A stretch of DNA of 64,000 nucleotides from the human T2T-CHM13v2.0 reference genome, Homo sapiens (GCF_009914755.1 NC_060933.1); one strand, 5' to 3'. Positions 27,836 to 56,984 are shown, counted from the first letter of the stretch. Numbers and translations: made by a program. The notes: generated by a model from the letters alone, not told the origin.

Positions 27836-28698
27836 TCATTTCAAAAAAAAAAAAAGATGGCATCAAATTGTAGAATCTTGGCTCTGGAAAGGATCTTAGA
27901 AGAATCTAGTCCAGACCGTGACCCAGAGTAGGAAGTCAGATTGTGCTAGTCTATTAGCTTGATCACATTGGCCAATTTTTTTCTTCTCTGTGGCTGCTGG
28001 GGATACAGTATTATCTTCATGTTCCACACCAGTGTAGAGTCACAATGGCAAGTATAAACCATGAAGAGTGTGTGGAGGCAGAAAGGCTGTGGCTCTGGAC
28101 TCTAGTTGGTTCTAATCCAGTCGCAGTTGAGCCTCGTGAGCCTCCTTTATGGCAGTAGGAACAAAGCTGCTTCATTTTGGCAGTGAAGGGAGGAAAAAGG
28201 AAGAAAATTTAGGCTTAAACTGTTTTTGGAGCCCCCATACTGGGTACGACAAGGTGAACCAAACCCCACTTATCTCTTCTGTCAGTTTCTTCTGAGCATT
28301 GGTGTGGTCAGGATAGCATTGGAGAGGAGCCCCCTGCCCAGTCTCTGGACACATTGGTATTGATGGTTCTATTTGCTAAGGACTTGAAGAAAACAAAACA
28401 CTGGTGGTAAGCAAGAGTCACCCTTCGCTCTGGGAGAATTTCACACTACAGGCTTTAAACAATAGACTACAGTGAGGCATAGCCCTTAAAAATCACTTAA
28501 TCTGCAGACCTCCTTGTATTGGGGGTCAAAGTGCTGCTTCAGGATTTTAGGATGAGGCTATTACTTGACTACTCAGAATGTTTTTCAGTTTGCTTTCCCT
28601 TAGATAATCTTAGGGTGGATTACCCTGGGGGGTGACTCTGGCTCATTCCTCAATAATCACTAATTGACTAGCAAGAAGATCCCTTAAAAAAAGTCACG

Positions 28699-30116
<1,418 letters not shown>

Positions 30117-30311
30117 TGAGTTTCTTAACACAGCAGAGCCTCTGGCTCTTTTGGCCACTTGTTTTTCTTTCTCACTGAGAGGAAATAGAGTCTCCTAAGA
30201 GAAAGAGTTTTGGAACACCACAAATCCAGGAATTTAATACTGAACTAGCCCTCAGCTCACTTTGAAGCAGGAAATCAGGTGAGGCTAAGGTCATGCCTTC
30301 TGACTGGATAA

Positions 30312-30453
30312 ACCCTCCCGGACCCAGGAGACATCCTCACCTGCCCGGACCCCGGGAGGCATCCTGACCCTTGCGGACCCCAGGAGGCATCCTCACCCTC
30401 CTGGACCCCAGGAGGCATCCTTACCCTCGGGGACCCCGGGAGGCATCCTCACC
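30312..30453. repeat. 28-bp minisatellite, ~5 copies (ggaccccaggaggcatcctcaccctcct)
   Basis: ggacc starts at 30320, 30347, 30375, 30403, 30431. Confidence 0.95.
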
Positions 30454-31662
30454 GGAGCAATCTTTGGTATAGAACTTTTAACTAAATTACACAGTGTGGA
30501 GAGACAAGCTTCAGTCATTTCTCCACTACCCACTCAGTGCCTGGCGGAAGGCAGGCAGCACAGACCTTCATCCCAACGCACGAGGGGAATATTCAAATCA
30601 TGCCTTAGGGGCACAGGGAAGGGAGTCAGAGACTGCCCCGCCTGTGATTTTGATACAAGTAGACAGATGATCTGAGAGAACAGCCTCTGGTCTAGATGAT
30701 TTCAGTGGAAAAGAAGAAGAAAGATCCATGTGGAAACTTTGTAAACGTTTTATGACGGGAAAAGACAAGTGTAGCATTTAGGTAAAGAAGACCAGCACAG
30801 AGAAAACCATTTATCATTCTAACATAAAATGATCAACCAAGAGCTCAAATGTGATGTAATGTGAGATAACAGAATGAGGTGGAAAATGGCCTAGCAGGGG
30901 AATTCAAAAACAGCAAATCATGGCATTGCAGAATGAATAAACCAATTTTACACCATAAGAAGCAGAATCTTCGCTATAAAATATGGAAATTGCTTGAGAA
31001 ATCACGCAGCCTGCATATTCATGAGCATTAGTGCTCCCCGTGTTTCTTTTGGATTTTTCGCGTCTTCTCTTCCTGGAGCTCCACCTCCTTCCCGTGCTCG
31101 ATCTTTGGCCCCAACCCCAAAAGGATGTTTTCTTTTCCTGGTATCTTACTGTAGCCAGTTCCACAGGTTGGGGAAAGGAAGCCCTCTTAACACTGGCCCT
31201 TTGTGTGTGTGGATGGGTGGGTGGGGCATTTCCTGCCTTCTGGAAGCTTCCCTGGGGCTTTTGTCTTATGTGGGTTTGACATCAATAGCATGGCTGAATT
31301 GAGGGTTCCAGAGGGAGCGTGAGCTTATGGCCTTGTCATGTTGTGTGGGACTAAACATTTCCTAATATCTCAGATCTGTAGACCTGAAGCAGGCTAAATC
31401 TTAGAGCAGAACAGATTGGGCTGGTCAGAATCTTGGACTTGAAAATAAGACAGAGCTGAACTTGGTGACATGCACCTGTAGTCCCAGCTACTCAGGAGGC
31501 TGAAGCAGGAGGATTGCTTGAGCCCAGGTATTTGAGGCCAGCCTGGGCAACATGGTGAGACTCATTTCAAAAAAGAAAAGAATAGGATGACTGTCACCAC
31601 CATGGTCATGGATAAATCATGTGATCTCTCCTGGATTCAGTTTCTTTATAAGATAGACTGCA

Positions 31663-31857
31663 TCAGAATTTCTCAGTGTTGGCACTATTGACATTTTGGG
31701 CCAGATGAGCTTGTGCCTTGTGGGATGTTTAGCAGCATTCCTGACCTCTACTTGTAGATTCCCATATCATCCCCTAGTCGTGACAATAAAAAATGTATCC
31801 AGACAATGCTGACCTTCCTCTTGGGGGCGCAAAATCACTCCCTGTTGAGAACCACTG
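31663..31857. mobile_element. MER20-like hAT DNA transposon
   Basis: ggcactattgacattttgggccagat...gttgagaaccactg. Confidence 0.8.
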
Positions 31858-31867
31858 GACTAGGTGA

Positions 31868-34363
<2,496 letters not shown>

Positions 34364-35234
34364 ATGGCTGAGATTTTTTTTTACTAATCACTTTGAAGGT
34401 TCATGAGTCTTTGCTTAGAGATTTTCTGGCTCCTTCACTTTTTGGCTCCAAACCTTATAAAACAGGGATATAAAATAAAAAATGGGAGTCTCTCTTGAAA
34501 GAGAAAGTAAATAGTCATTTCTGTAACCCTACCCAGTATCTTTATGGACCCGAGGTTAGGATTTGGTTTCTCGGATACTAGGCATTTATCATCAGGCACT
34601 CTCTCGGATATTGGCAGTAACCCAGGTTTTGTATGTTACAGCGTTGGACATTTGAGTCTTATGCAATCTTTGGGTGTGCTCAGTAGGCCGATGTAATCAA
34701 ATCATTGTTAACCCATCTCTACACGTTTTAAAGCTTGTGACAACTCCAAACAATTAGCCCTCACCCTTTTTTCTCACTACCCATTACCCAAAAATCAAAC
34801 CTAAATAGAGATGTTCTCAGATTATAACCAGGCTAATTAGTTGTCATTCAACAGTTACAGGGAGTGATACCCAGTGCTTGCCCTGTGGCTGACAATTTGA
34901 GATCTCTATTTTGGTCTCTCCCACTTCCCACAAATACAATTTAGATATAAAATTATAGTAAATTATTCTAGATAACTAATAGTTGATAGAGTTACTGTCT
35001 TCAAATGAAGGCACTATGGAACAGTTTTATATTAAGCATAACTGCATTTGTTTTGTTTTTGTTTTTAAAAATTTTTTCTAGAGACAGGGTCTTGCTTTGT
35101 TGCCCAGGCTGGTCTCTAACTCCTGGCTTCAAGCGATCCCACTTTGGCCTCCTAAAGTGTTGGGATTACAGCCATTGTGCCCAGCCAGTTTTTTGAGTTT
35201 GAATTTTAATTTTTTATCTAAAATTCTCTAATGA

Positions 35235-36500
<1,266 letters not shown>

Positions 36501-36869
36501 CGGTCCAGTGCCTTTTTATCTTACTGCGCTTAAGGTGTAATTCCTTCTTTCTCAGACTGGACTGTAAATTCTTTGAGGTAAATACATTGATTTATATGTT
36601 GCTTGTATCCTCTATTGCCTTCAAGTGGTTATGTGCATTTTATTGTGCAATTGCTAGATACTTTGTTTCTCTCAGCGTCAGTGTTTTACTTTGTAAAATG
36701 AGGGTGCTATAATTCTTGACCTCTGAGGGCTACTGGGAGCTTTAAATGAGATGATATATGTAAAACACATGAGGAACTCTCTCACATGTAGTCAACCTTC
36801 AATATGTTTCAGATATTGCTATTATTATGGGCATTTTTTTTGTTATTGAGAGTAAATTAACGATTGAGT

Positions 36870-41181
<4,312 letters not shown>

Positions 41182-43099
41182 TCACACAGCCAGCAAATGC
41201 CTGAACCTGGATGTCAGCCCTGGTCTAACTTTAGCGCTTCCTTGGGCATTTTTGGGGGTGATTTCTGCTTGAGCAGCCAGCATTACCCCCTCAGACCCCT
41301 GGAGTTCAGTCAAGAGGATGCCTTTTAGAAGAACGTCTACTGTTGAGTCAGAATAACTCTGGAAATTCCCTGTACTCTGGATTGGTAAAAAGAGGCAGGG
41401 AGTTGTGGGCTGAGGTTGGACTCTCTTAGTTCCCTCAGCAGCATGAAGGCAACTTCTCCCAACCTGGGGAAAGTGGATCCTGGTGCCTCTGTCCTGGGCA
41501 GTGTGGTGCTCTGGGGCTACTGTGTGGAATCTTGGAATCGCCTGTGGTGTTGACTTTGGTTGCACTTCTCCTAAGCTTCTGGCTCATCTAATATTAGTCA
41601 CGCTACTTCAGGTGTTTGCATGTGCCCTGGGCTCAGGGCATCGGGCATCTGGCATATGTCACTGTGGAGGGCAGTTGTGAGTCCCTCCTGGGCTGTGAGG
41701 GTGGGGCTTCATAGGGAGCTGCAAGCCTTGAGCAGTCCCTGTAGCGATCCCTGGAGCCTGTGTTTTGGGACTCCAGTTGAAATATTGGGTGCATTTGAAG
41801 ATGTCCCAGATCATCTTAGACCACCGGCCATTTTTCTCAGGACATGGCAGAGATTTGCCAAGGTTGGGAGTCACCCAGGACCTAGAGGATGTGGTTGAGA
41901 AGGGACCTGCTTTCTTACTCATTTGGCCATGAGGGAAGCAGAGTCCACCAGGGTCTTCAGTATTACGGAGGAACTGAAGCTGCTCCGGTCTTTTAAACAC
42001 ATCCCCGTAGACTAGCTGGGTGGTGGAGCAGGCATTTGGCTGTAGATACACATGGTTTGGTATGCGGAAGTAAGACCTCCTGGCTGGACCCACTTCAGAA
42101 GTCTTCATTGTTTCTCTCCACATGAAGAGGACTTAGGAAGGAGATGAAATGAGATTGCCAGGGATTGTGAGGAGGTAGCCCAAGCTACTTGATTCTTAAT
42201 GCTAAACTGAGCTCTAATCCTTGTTTCCTTTTCAGTATTGGATTAGAAAAATGTAGGGCAGGATTAGAATTGGCTGTTAACAATACCCAGGACAAACATA
42301 TGCCCTGAGAACTTTGGAAAGGAAATAACTTCCTAGGAATGGTGGCAGCTGCAGTGGTAATTTATATGTGTCTTTTAACACTTGTAGTACTTGGTTTTAT
42401 CTTTTGATTATATCTCTGCCTTTCCCTATCAAAAGGCAACTTAAGTGTAATTTTTTTCAGTGAATTTATATTAATTTTTAGTGGCAAGAAAATATATTCA
42501 TCCTCAATAATATAATACATTCAAATAAAGAGTGAACTATACTGTTTTCTGCTGTCATTGTGGCAAAGATTAAAATAAGTAAACCTCAAGATATTTTATC
42601 AGTTAGTATGTTAATTTGGAGAGCCACATAGTACTGATGAGGGTGGGAGACATAATTTTGGAAAGTAATTCAGCAGAGTTTATCAGGACCCCAGAACATT
42701 TAGATGTTTTACCAACTTATTCCATACTCAGAAAGCTACCCTAACGGAATAATTTGTGCTAAGAAAAGCCCTGGCCACAAAGATGGTCGCTGACACATTA
42801 TTTTGAGAGCATTTTTCTTATGCAGAAAGCTTGGGACAACATTGGAAGGCACAAATTGGCAAGTAAAGGTTAATTATAAATTTATTGCACAAAAATAAGC
42901 TTTTGGTATGAGTTTTTCTAATTTTCCTATGCATATCTGCTTTAAAAATAGTTGTAGCATGCTTTTTTCACCCTTAGCCATATATTTTGAGCATTTTCTT
43001 CCTCGTTTGTACTCATATATGAAAACTCTAACCTTAGTTGAAACCAGCCTTCCTTTCTTGCACCTGGACAGCCGAACATTATTGGGAAAAAACATTACT

Positions 43100-45150
<2,051 letters not shown>

Positions 45151-45432
45151 GAGTACATATTTTCCCAAATTATTATTTCCAATGGGTTCATAGTATTCCA
45201 TTGTACAAATGTAACCTAATTAAGTTAACCACTGCCCTATTATGGATATATTGGTTTCTAGTTTTTCACTACACTGAAACATGCGAAGTAATCTAAATGG
45301 CTATTGGGAATATTGTTGACCATGAACAATTATTCAGGCCTTAAAATCCTAGAAAGTGTTTTTATTAAAATGGGTGAGTTGAGTACATTAAGTGAAAAAA
45401 GCATAATATAAAATTATATATCTACAGCATGA

Positions 45433-47238
<1,806 letters not shown>

Positions 47239-47417
47239 TGATTACTGAAGATAGTCAAAAGCAGATTTAGGAACCATCGAGCCCTAGAGAATTGTCTAAC
47301 TGTCTGAACCATACATGCTGACAACAGCTCTTGCCCTTCAAGTTGCTCCAGGTGTGTGTTACTCAGGTTTACAGAGTAGCAAGAGTGGACTTTCCTATGG
47401 AGCCTCCACAGCTGGTC

Positions 47418-47420
<3 letters not shown>

Positions 47421-47466
<46 letters not shown>
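47421..47466 (+). repeat. (TG)23 microsatellite
   Basis: Directly visible. Confidence 0.97.
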
Positions 47467-47467
<1 letters not shown>

Positions 47468-47638
47468 TGGTCTAGGTAACGGGGCTCATTAAAATGGTGA
47501 TTTGGGGATAAGAGTGCTCTGGAGATGTGCTCAGGGTTTTGAACATTTCACAACTGCTCCTCACATCTGTTTTTAGAGCTTGAGGAGGGCTCATGTGGCC
47601 TGAGGCATTGTCACAGCCTTTACCCACTTAACTTTAGG

Positions 47639-48066
47639 CAGTGGTTCTCAAATCTGAGCCCTTCTGGGGGTTCATGAGGTCAAAACTATCTTCATACTAA
47701 GACCAAGATGTGGTTTGCCTCTTCATTCTCATTCTCTCACGGGGCACAGCGAAGTTTCCCAGATGTTATATGTTTCAGGACATACTGGCTGCAGAAGCAG
47801 ATGGGAGAAGCCAGAAGTAGACAGGAGAATGTCTATGAGGCCAGACATTAAGGAGGGTTGCAGAAATGTAAAACAATCCCAGCTGTCTCCCTAAAAATGT
47901 TTTATTATGACAAATATATTTATTTTTCATTAAAATGCAATTAATGTAACATATGAGTTTATTATCTTAAATGAATTAATATTGTTAAAAATTTCTCAGT
48001 TTAGTTTCCAATACAATAATTAAGAGCGTAAAGAAGTTATGAGACCAAAAAGTTTGAAAACCACTG
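47639..48066. mobile_element. Non-autonomous hAT-Charlie DNA transposon
   Basis: TIRs cagtggttctcaaa / tttgaaaaccactg; degenerate 8-bp TSD actttagg / aattaagg. Confidence 0.85.
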
Positions 48067-48089
48067 AATTAAGGAGACAGGAAGAGAAC

Positions 48090-48388
48090 TTTCTTTTTTT
48101 TTTTCAATTTTTGAGACAGAGTCTTGCTTTGTCACCCAGGCTGAAGTGCAGTGGTGTGATCTCGGCTCACTGCAACCTCAGCTCCCGAGTAGCTGGGATT
48201 ACAGGCATGCACCACCATGCCTGGCTAATTTTTGTATTTTTAGTATAGATGGGGTTTCCCCATGTTGGCCAAGCTGGTCTCGAACTCCTGACCTCAGGTG
48301 ATCTGCCCCCTCAGCCTCCCAAAGTGCTAACTTGTTCATCACTGAATCCCTAGCACCAATTACAGGTGTGAGCCACCATGCCCGGCTG
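48090..48388 (-). mobile_element. Antisense Alu with ~32-nt internal deletion and a templated insertion
   Basis: tgcaacctc|agctcccgagt junction; non-Alu segment at 48329-48359. Confidence 0.9.
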
Positions 48389-48557
48389 AGAGCTATTTTT
48401 ATGGTGGGTTGGTTATGGCTCAGTAAACCAGTTGGTGAATTGCATGATTCAGAAACACAAAGCCTAAGGTGGGAAATGACCTTATCTAACAGAGAGGTGT
48501 AGACGTCTTTGATATTACATTAATTTCCTCTCTCTCTCTCTCTTTCTCCTTTTTTAG

Positions 48558-48607
48558 AGATTATGCATGATGTGATAAAGAAGGTCAAGAAGAAGGGGGA
48601 ATGGAAG
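48558..48607 (+). CDS. STXBP1: STXBP1 exon 2, (K)IMHDVIKKVKKKGEWK (50 nt)
   Basis: (CT)n/T polypyrimidine tract then ttag| acceptor; donor AAG|gtgagt; frame continues from exon 1. Confidence 0.99.
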
Positions 48608-50042
48608 GTGAGTAGAAAGTACAGTTAATGGGCTTAAGGTGAGTTCACATGGAAAAATCAGAAGGGGATGGAGTTGGAGGAAAGTTGTAGGCAGGAATGA
48701 GGGCTTTTGCTGTGTCCAGAGAGTACAGAATGCTCCTGGATTGGAGAAAGGTGATCTGCTCTGCCTCACATTTCATATGGTCTTGGTTAAGAATTCTGTT
48801 TGTCATAAAGCTTATCTTAAAGACCACCTGGTCAGGCAGTTAGCAGTGGAACTCTTTTGTTCAAACAAAATATTACCTGGAACCCGTTAGATAAAGCAGA
48901 GGAAGGTATAATTCTGCTGGCTCTGGGAGAGGAAGAAGAGGCCCTCTTGCCCCTTTGTGGCCATAAAGCATCTCCATGGAGTCCATGTACAGTTTGGGCT
49001 CAAAGCCCTCATCTGGTCTATCCTCATTGAACTGTAACTACATAAGACAAAAATAGTAAGCTCGTTTAATCACGTAACATTGACAGGAGTGCTGGAAACT
49101 ATAGTGTACTTGAAACAAGTATTTAAGCCAATCAAACTGAGAGTGGGCCGGGTTCCTGGAATGGGTGGTACAGGAGTGGCACCTGCTGCCCCCTATGCAT
49201 GAAGTCAGCATTTTAAGGACTGCTTGGTTGTCTAAGGCTGAGAATTATACTGGCCAGAAGAGTGTGCAGTTTTACTTGATTTTTTCTGCATGTTGCTGAA
49301 GAATTTATACCAACCTTTCTTGCCATCAAGGTTTCCTGCAGTCAAAAGCCCATGCAGTTTCAAGTGCATTGGGCCTAGGAACAACAGAGCTGATTAGTAC
49401 AGGAGGATTTTGAAGTCTCACCCGGGGCCTTTGTTTTAACCAGCACATCTGTCCTCGCCACCCAGAAGGGGAGGCCGTGCAGTGGGCCTCCCCACCGCAT
49501 ACCTTTAGCATACCTCTTTAGCATACCTTTCTCACTTACCCTTCCCATCAGTGACGGGCTTGTAGACATGTGAATTTTAAACTAATCTTGAGGAAGCTGC
49601 CTTATATAATAAAAACTAATTGACCCCTGTACTGCAGCAGAAAGCTTTCTCATCCACACTATCTGCCCTGATGTGTCTTCCTCCTGTTGCCCCCTTCTCA
49701 GTTTATAGCATTACAAAAAGAGAGGATAAATAGCCTTGTTTTAACTGCCAGCTTCCTCTCCACTGTGGGCTGAATGAAGATAAGAAAGGTTAGCTGAAGA
49801 GTTGCAGGTCTGAAGCTTTTAGGCCAGGACTGGAACGTTCTTGTTCTTCCAGCCTAGACTAAGGTACACTATGTCCCAGCTGACATGTGTGTTAGTGGCA
49901 CAGTTCTGATGATGCTTTTCATCAAGTCCCCACATGCCAGACCACATGTGCAGGCGCTAGTGTTCACTCTCCCCTTAAACACAAGTGCATGCCGTGAAAA
50001 AGTACTCACTAATATGATTATGTCTGAATGTTGGAGCTATAG

Positions 50043-50440
<398 letters not shown>

Positions 50441-50669
50441 TAAGTTTATAAAATTACATCAGTGAGAGGAAACTCTAACTCCTAGAAAGTTAGGTTAGGG
50501 TATGGGAGGTACAAGTGAGCATGTGTCCCCGTGGGCTTCTGGTCCATAGGAAATATGGTTTCTTCTGTATTCTGTACTTCTGGAGCTCCTTTTGGAGTCT
50601 GATGCGGTAAGCTGAGCGAGAATCACAGCAGATGCCATGAAGCCCATACGCTGTTCTCTTTCCTTGCAG

Positions 50670-50751
50670 GTGCTGGTGGTGGATCAGTTAAGCATGAGGA
50701 TGCTGTCCTCCTGCTGCAAGATGACAGACATCATGACCGAGGGCATAACGA
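50670..50751 (+). CDS. STXBP1: STXBP1 exon 3, [27 protein letters not shown] (82 nt)
   Basis: Acceptor ttccttgcag|, donor A|gtgagc; Sec1-domain sequence. Confidence 0.99.
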
Positions 50752-50979
50752 GTGAGCATGCGCTCTGCACTTGAGCAGTGCTGGAGCCTTCTCTCTGTGG
50801 CGGGCTTAGCTCTTTCCTATTCATTATTATCTCCTTTGATTTTAGATTCTTCCAGCAACCTGTGTGCTAAGACCAGAAGCTCCTGAGAGGCGCAAGGCTA
50901 TCTTGTTCATCACTGAATCCCTAGCACCAAATCCAGGGCTAGATGCTCATTCAATGTCTGTTAAAGGAATGCCAAAAGA

Positions 50980-51890
50980 AGGGTTAAATCAAGAAAGAAA
51001 AGGCAGCCCACCCAATAGAAAAAAGTTCTGAGCAGGCACTTAACAAAAGAAGAAATCCAAATGGCCAATCAATCTATGAAAATTGTCCACTGTCATTAGT
51101 GGTCAGGGAAATGCAATTCAAACCAGAGTGAGATGCCGATATAGATTCAAAATATTAGAATATTTAATCTCTGATAATGCCAAGTGACGGTGAGGAGGTA
51201 GAAAAATGGAAACTCCTACGTGATGGAATGTCTGCTGGTGTAGCCCCTTTGAAAACCACTTGGCAGTGTCTAGTAAAGTTGAAGGTATGCATGTCCTGTG
51301 AGCCAGCAAGTCTGTGGTCAGGTGTGTGTCCTAGACAACCTCAGGTATGTGTGCCCAGGATACATGTGCAGGAATACATGTGCAGTGTTGCTCATAGGTT
51401 CCCCAAGTGGAAAATAACCAAAACGTCCATCAAGTGTAGAATGGTTAAATCAGTTGCGTGCAATTACACAGTAGAATACTCTACAGGGATGAAAATGGGC
51501 GAGCCCTGAGCGCTCACAGTAACATGAATGCATCTGATGAACAACGGTGAGCAAAGACAGCAAGACACGAAAGACCACTGATAGTGAGCCTTCATTCCAC
51601 AGAGTTCAGACCGCAGAGCTCAGCTGTGTTGTTTTAAAATGCAGATGTAAGGGGTAAAACCTCAAGAGAAGAGCTCACCATTCAAGGGAGGATAATGATT
51701 CTGTTTGCGGGGAAGAGAGGAAATGGTGTTGATAGAGGGGAATGTGAGCTGGAGCCAGGGCACTTTTGTGGTGCTGATTGGGTTTCGTTTCTTAACTGGG
51801 GTAGCGCTTATTTAGACATTTGCCTTATGGTTATTTGTATGTTTATGTTTTATTCACGCTTTGGAATGTGTGCTATAACTTTTGGTGAAT
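50980..51890 (+). mobile_element. Old L1 (L1ME-like) 3' remnant
   Basis: aaaagaagaaatccaaatggccaat...gaaatgcaattcaaacc. Confidence 0.7.
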
Positions 51891-51894
51891 AATA

Positions 51895-52600
51895 AGGAGC
51901 AGGATTGCTGGATCACATGGTAAGTATGCTTAGTTTTGTAAGATACTGCCAAACCATTTTTCAAAGTGGCTGACCATTTTGCATTCCCAGCAGTAGTGAA
52001 TGAGAATTCCTGTTGCTCCACATCCTTACCAGCATTTGGAGTTGTCAGTGTTCTGAATTTTGAGCATTCTACCAGCTGTGTGGTGGTATGGTATTGTTGT
52101 TTTAATTTGCATTTCCCTGATGACCTAGGATGTGGAGCATCTTTTCACATGCTTATTTGCCATCTGTATATTGTTTTTTGGTACAGTGTCTGTAAGGTCT
52201 TTGGCCCGTTTTTTAATTGGGTTATTTGTTTTCTTATTGTTGAATTTTAAGGGATATTTGTATATTTTGGATAACAGTTCTTTATCAGATATGTCTTTTG
52301 GAAATATTTGCCCTCAGTCTGTGGCTTGTCTTTTCATTCTCTTGATGGCATCTTGCACAGAGCAGTACTTTTTAATTTTAATGAAGTCCAGCTTATCAAT
52401 TCTTGTTTTCATGGATTGTCACTTTGGTGTCATATCTAAAAAGTCATTGCCAAATCCAAGGACACCTAGCTTTTCTTTTATGTAATCCTCTAGGAATTTT
52501 ATAATTTCGCATTTTACATTTAGGTCTGTGATCCATTTTGAGTTAACATTTCTAAAGGGTATAATGTATGTGTCTGTATTCATTTTGGTTGCACGTGGAT
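51895..52600 (-). mobile_element. Antisense L1 fragment (3' ORF2 region)
   Basis: ttgcattcccagcag...gagcatcttttcacatgcttatttgccatctgtata...; ORF 52419..52613 is L1 ORF2-like (NSKWITDLNVK). Confidence 0.88.
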
Positions 52601-53931
52601 GTGATTCCTTCATTTTTAAAAAACAGATCCAGTATATCTATCAGCAGAAGCACAGTCCTGTAAATGGCATACACAGTTTTTTTGTTTGTTTGTTTGTTTG
52701 AGACAGAGTCTTGCTGTCTCCCAAGCTGGAGGGCAGTGGCGCAATCTCAGCTCACCACAACCTCTGCCTCCTGGGTTCAAGGGATTATCCTGCCTCAGCC
52801 TCCTAAGTAGCTGGGATTACAGGCACCTGCCATCACGCCTGGCTAATTTTTGTATTTTTAGTAGAGACAGGGTTTCACCATGTTGGCTAGGCTGGTCTCG
52901 AACTCCTGACCTCAAGTGATCCACCTGCCTCGGCCTCCCAAAGTGGTGGGATTACAGGAGTGAGCCACTGCACTTGGCACACATACACAATTTTTTATGT
53001 GACTTTTATGTCATTTAGTGACCTAAGTCAGTGTGTTTTTTGTTTGTTTGTTTTTGAGACAGAGTCTTGCTCTGTTGCCCAGGATGGAGTATAGTGGTGC
53101 AATCTTGACTCACTGCAAACTCTGCCTCTGGGATTCGGGCAATTCTCGTGCCTCAGCCTCCCGAGTAGCTGGGATTACAGGCAGGCGCCAGCACACCCGG
53201 CTATTTTCTTTCTTTTTTTTTTTTTTTAGTAGAGACAGGGTTTCACCATGTTGGCCAAGCTGGTCTTGAACTCCTGGCCCCAAGTTATCTGCTCGCCTTG
53301 GCTTCCCAAAGTGCTGGGATTACAGACATGAGCTACTGTGCCCTGCCCCAAGTCAGTTTTAAGACTAGGCTTGCCCCTATTTTGAGTTTATGATGTTATT
53401 TTCTTCATTGAATTTTTGAAACTATTTTTTTCGTCTATCAAAGCAAAAACAGACAAAAAACACAAAAGTAAAGGAGAAAAACACTAAATGGAGCTAACAA
53501 GGATCTAAGAAAAGAGCAGTGACCTCCTGTCCTCCTATCTCCCATCCTCGGGGTCTATTACCCCAGAGGCAGCCACCTCGCCCTTCATTCTGGACATCTT
53601 TTTTATTTTTCTACATAAATGCTTGTTCTATTTTCTCTTGATTCAGTGATATTAGATATTATTAACTGACTTCCTGTGGGAGATGGGGATTCAGAGCTCT
53701 CCACTATACACAGACTCTTGCCTACCCCCAAAAGTGGTTTTTAAAAAATGTCCTTATGGCCGGGCATGGTGGCTCACACCTGTAATCCCAGCACTTTGGG
53801 AGGCAGAGGCAGGCGGCTCACAAGGTCAGGAATTTGAGACCAGCCTGTCCAACAGAGTGAAACCCTGTCTCTACTAAAAATACAAAAATTAGCCAAGCAT
53901 GGTCGCACGTGCCTGTAGTCCCAGCTACTCA

Positions 53932-54033
<102 letters not shown>

Positions 54034-54772
54034 TCAAAAAGAAAAAGAAAGAAAGAAGGAAAGAAAAAGTGTTCTTACTTAACAAAATTTAAAAGTTAGC
54101 AACCCTATGTTGAAGCTCTGAAACATTTTGGGGGGAGATATTAGTGGCCTATGAAATTAAACAAATCTATAACCACTGGTAAAGTAGATGTTTGGGGATT
54201 TTTGGTATTAATTTGAACATTATTTAAGGTGAAAGTCTTTATAAATATTCCAAGTCTTTATAAATGTTACAATCCTCTAAAGTGATGCTTTTATCTGCTT
54301 AAATGATCTGCATAGAAAGAATGGCACCTGTATAATTGCCTTGCTCTCTCAATGCCAGAGGACAGTAGGTAACACATTTTAAGCATTACCGGGTGATTGG
54401 TAAGATTCTCCCAAAAGCTGTTCTTTCCAGGTGAAGTCCCTGACATAACTGTAGAGGAAACAAGCAAACCAAAGCCTATGGTTTGTTTTAACCAAATAGA
54501 ACATTTAATCTTTGCACTATTGAAGGAAGCAATATTGTATAGAGAATGTGGTTGGAATGCCCTCATTTGATATGCAGAGGAGAGCAATGAAACTATCCAG
54601 CTGTTGATAAATAAACCCAACATGGAAATTCCAAAGGAATTGGGATTATCTAGGGCAGATGAGACAAAGCTGAAGAAGAGGCAAAGGACCCATTCTTGAC
54701 AGAATTAGATATCATTTTCCATTTTCTCTCAGAACAGATCAATGAATTTACTTAAACTGAAATGGGAAGTGA

Positions 54773-55146
<374 letters not shown>

Positions 55147-55226
55147 TGAGACCATGGAATTCACTCCCAAGGAACGTGGTAACCTTAAGGAATGAGTGAA
55201 TGATTCCCCCCGGTCCCCCACTGTAG

Positions 55227-55436
<210 letters not shown>

Positions 55437-55797
55437 TAAGGTTAGATGGACTGGCTTGGGATTTATGTGGCACAGACTGTCTGACATTGCTAGGTTAAGC
55501 ACGCATTTAACACACTGCTCTGTTTAAGCATGCAATCCACAATGGGGTGGGGTCGGGGGTGGTGTTTATGCAGTGAGAAGTGATGAATGTATTAAGCGTT
55601 CTTAAACACAGCAGCTGTGCAGAAAACCAGAGCCTGTGTTCCGTGGCCCTGGATCATTCTAGTTTTCCCCCTTGCACTCCCTCTTCAGGTAGGACCCACT
55701 CTGTCTAATTAGCAGTCCACCTCCAGACTTTGGTATTTTATGCTTTCATTTTATTTTATCAATATCCAGTTACTGTTCACATTTACCTGTCTTATAA

Positions 55798-56473
<676 letters not shown>

Positions 56474-56984
56474 TGAGCTCAAGTGATCCACCTGCCTTGG
56501 CCTCCCAAAGTGTTGGGATTACAGTTGTGAGCCACCATGCCAGCCTTAGGTGTCTTAGTCTATATAAATTTCCTCCAATTTTCACACTTTTTTTTTTCAC
56601 TTTGAAAACTGGCTTACATATGAATTTCTACAGATGCAATTAAATTGCCAAAAGGTCATCAATATGAATCTCCTGGAAGGTTTCTGCCGGGTTTCCTTTT
56701 TTGTGGGTGTCTTCCTAACAACTAATTACAGTGGCTCCAAAGAACTGATACTGTCATTCCAGAATGAGCTAAGAAGGCCTTTGTTCATCTAAACTCTGAA
56801 ATAGTACTAATTTTAAGTCCTCAGGACTTGGTTATGGCCAAACATGAGTGTTAGAATTATGCATCAAAAATCCCCTGATTTTGTGCAAGTGGCTTGAAGC
56901 CATTGGATTTAACTCAGTTCAGATACAGGTCCCATTTGGCTCTAGAATTGGATTCAGGTCCCTCTTTTTCCCCCCCATCCACAG

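Noticed and set aside
30312-30453. 28-bp periodic repeat as a CRISPR-like array
   Set aside because: Contiguous units with no unique spacers, in a mammalian intron
48556-48559. Tandem AG at the exon 2 acceptor (tag|ag)
   Set aside because: 2-nt offset, not a NAGNAG; would frameshift and has no support
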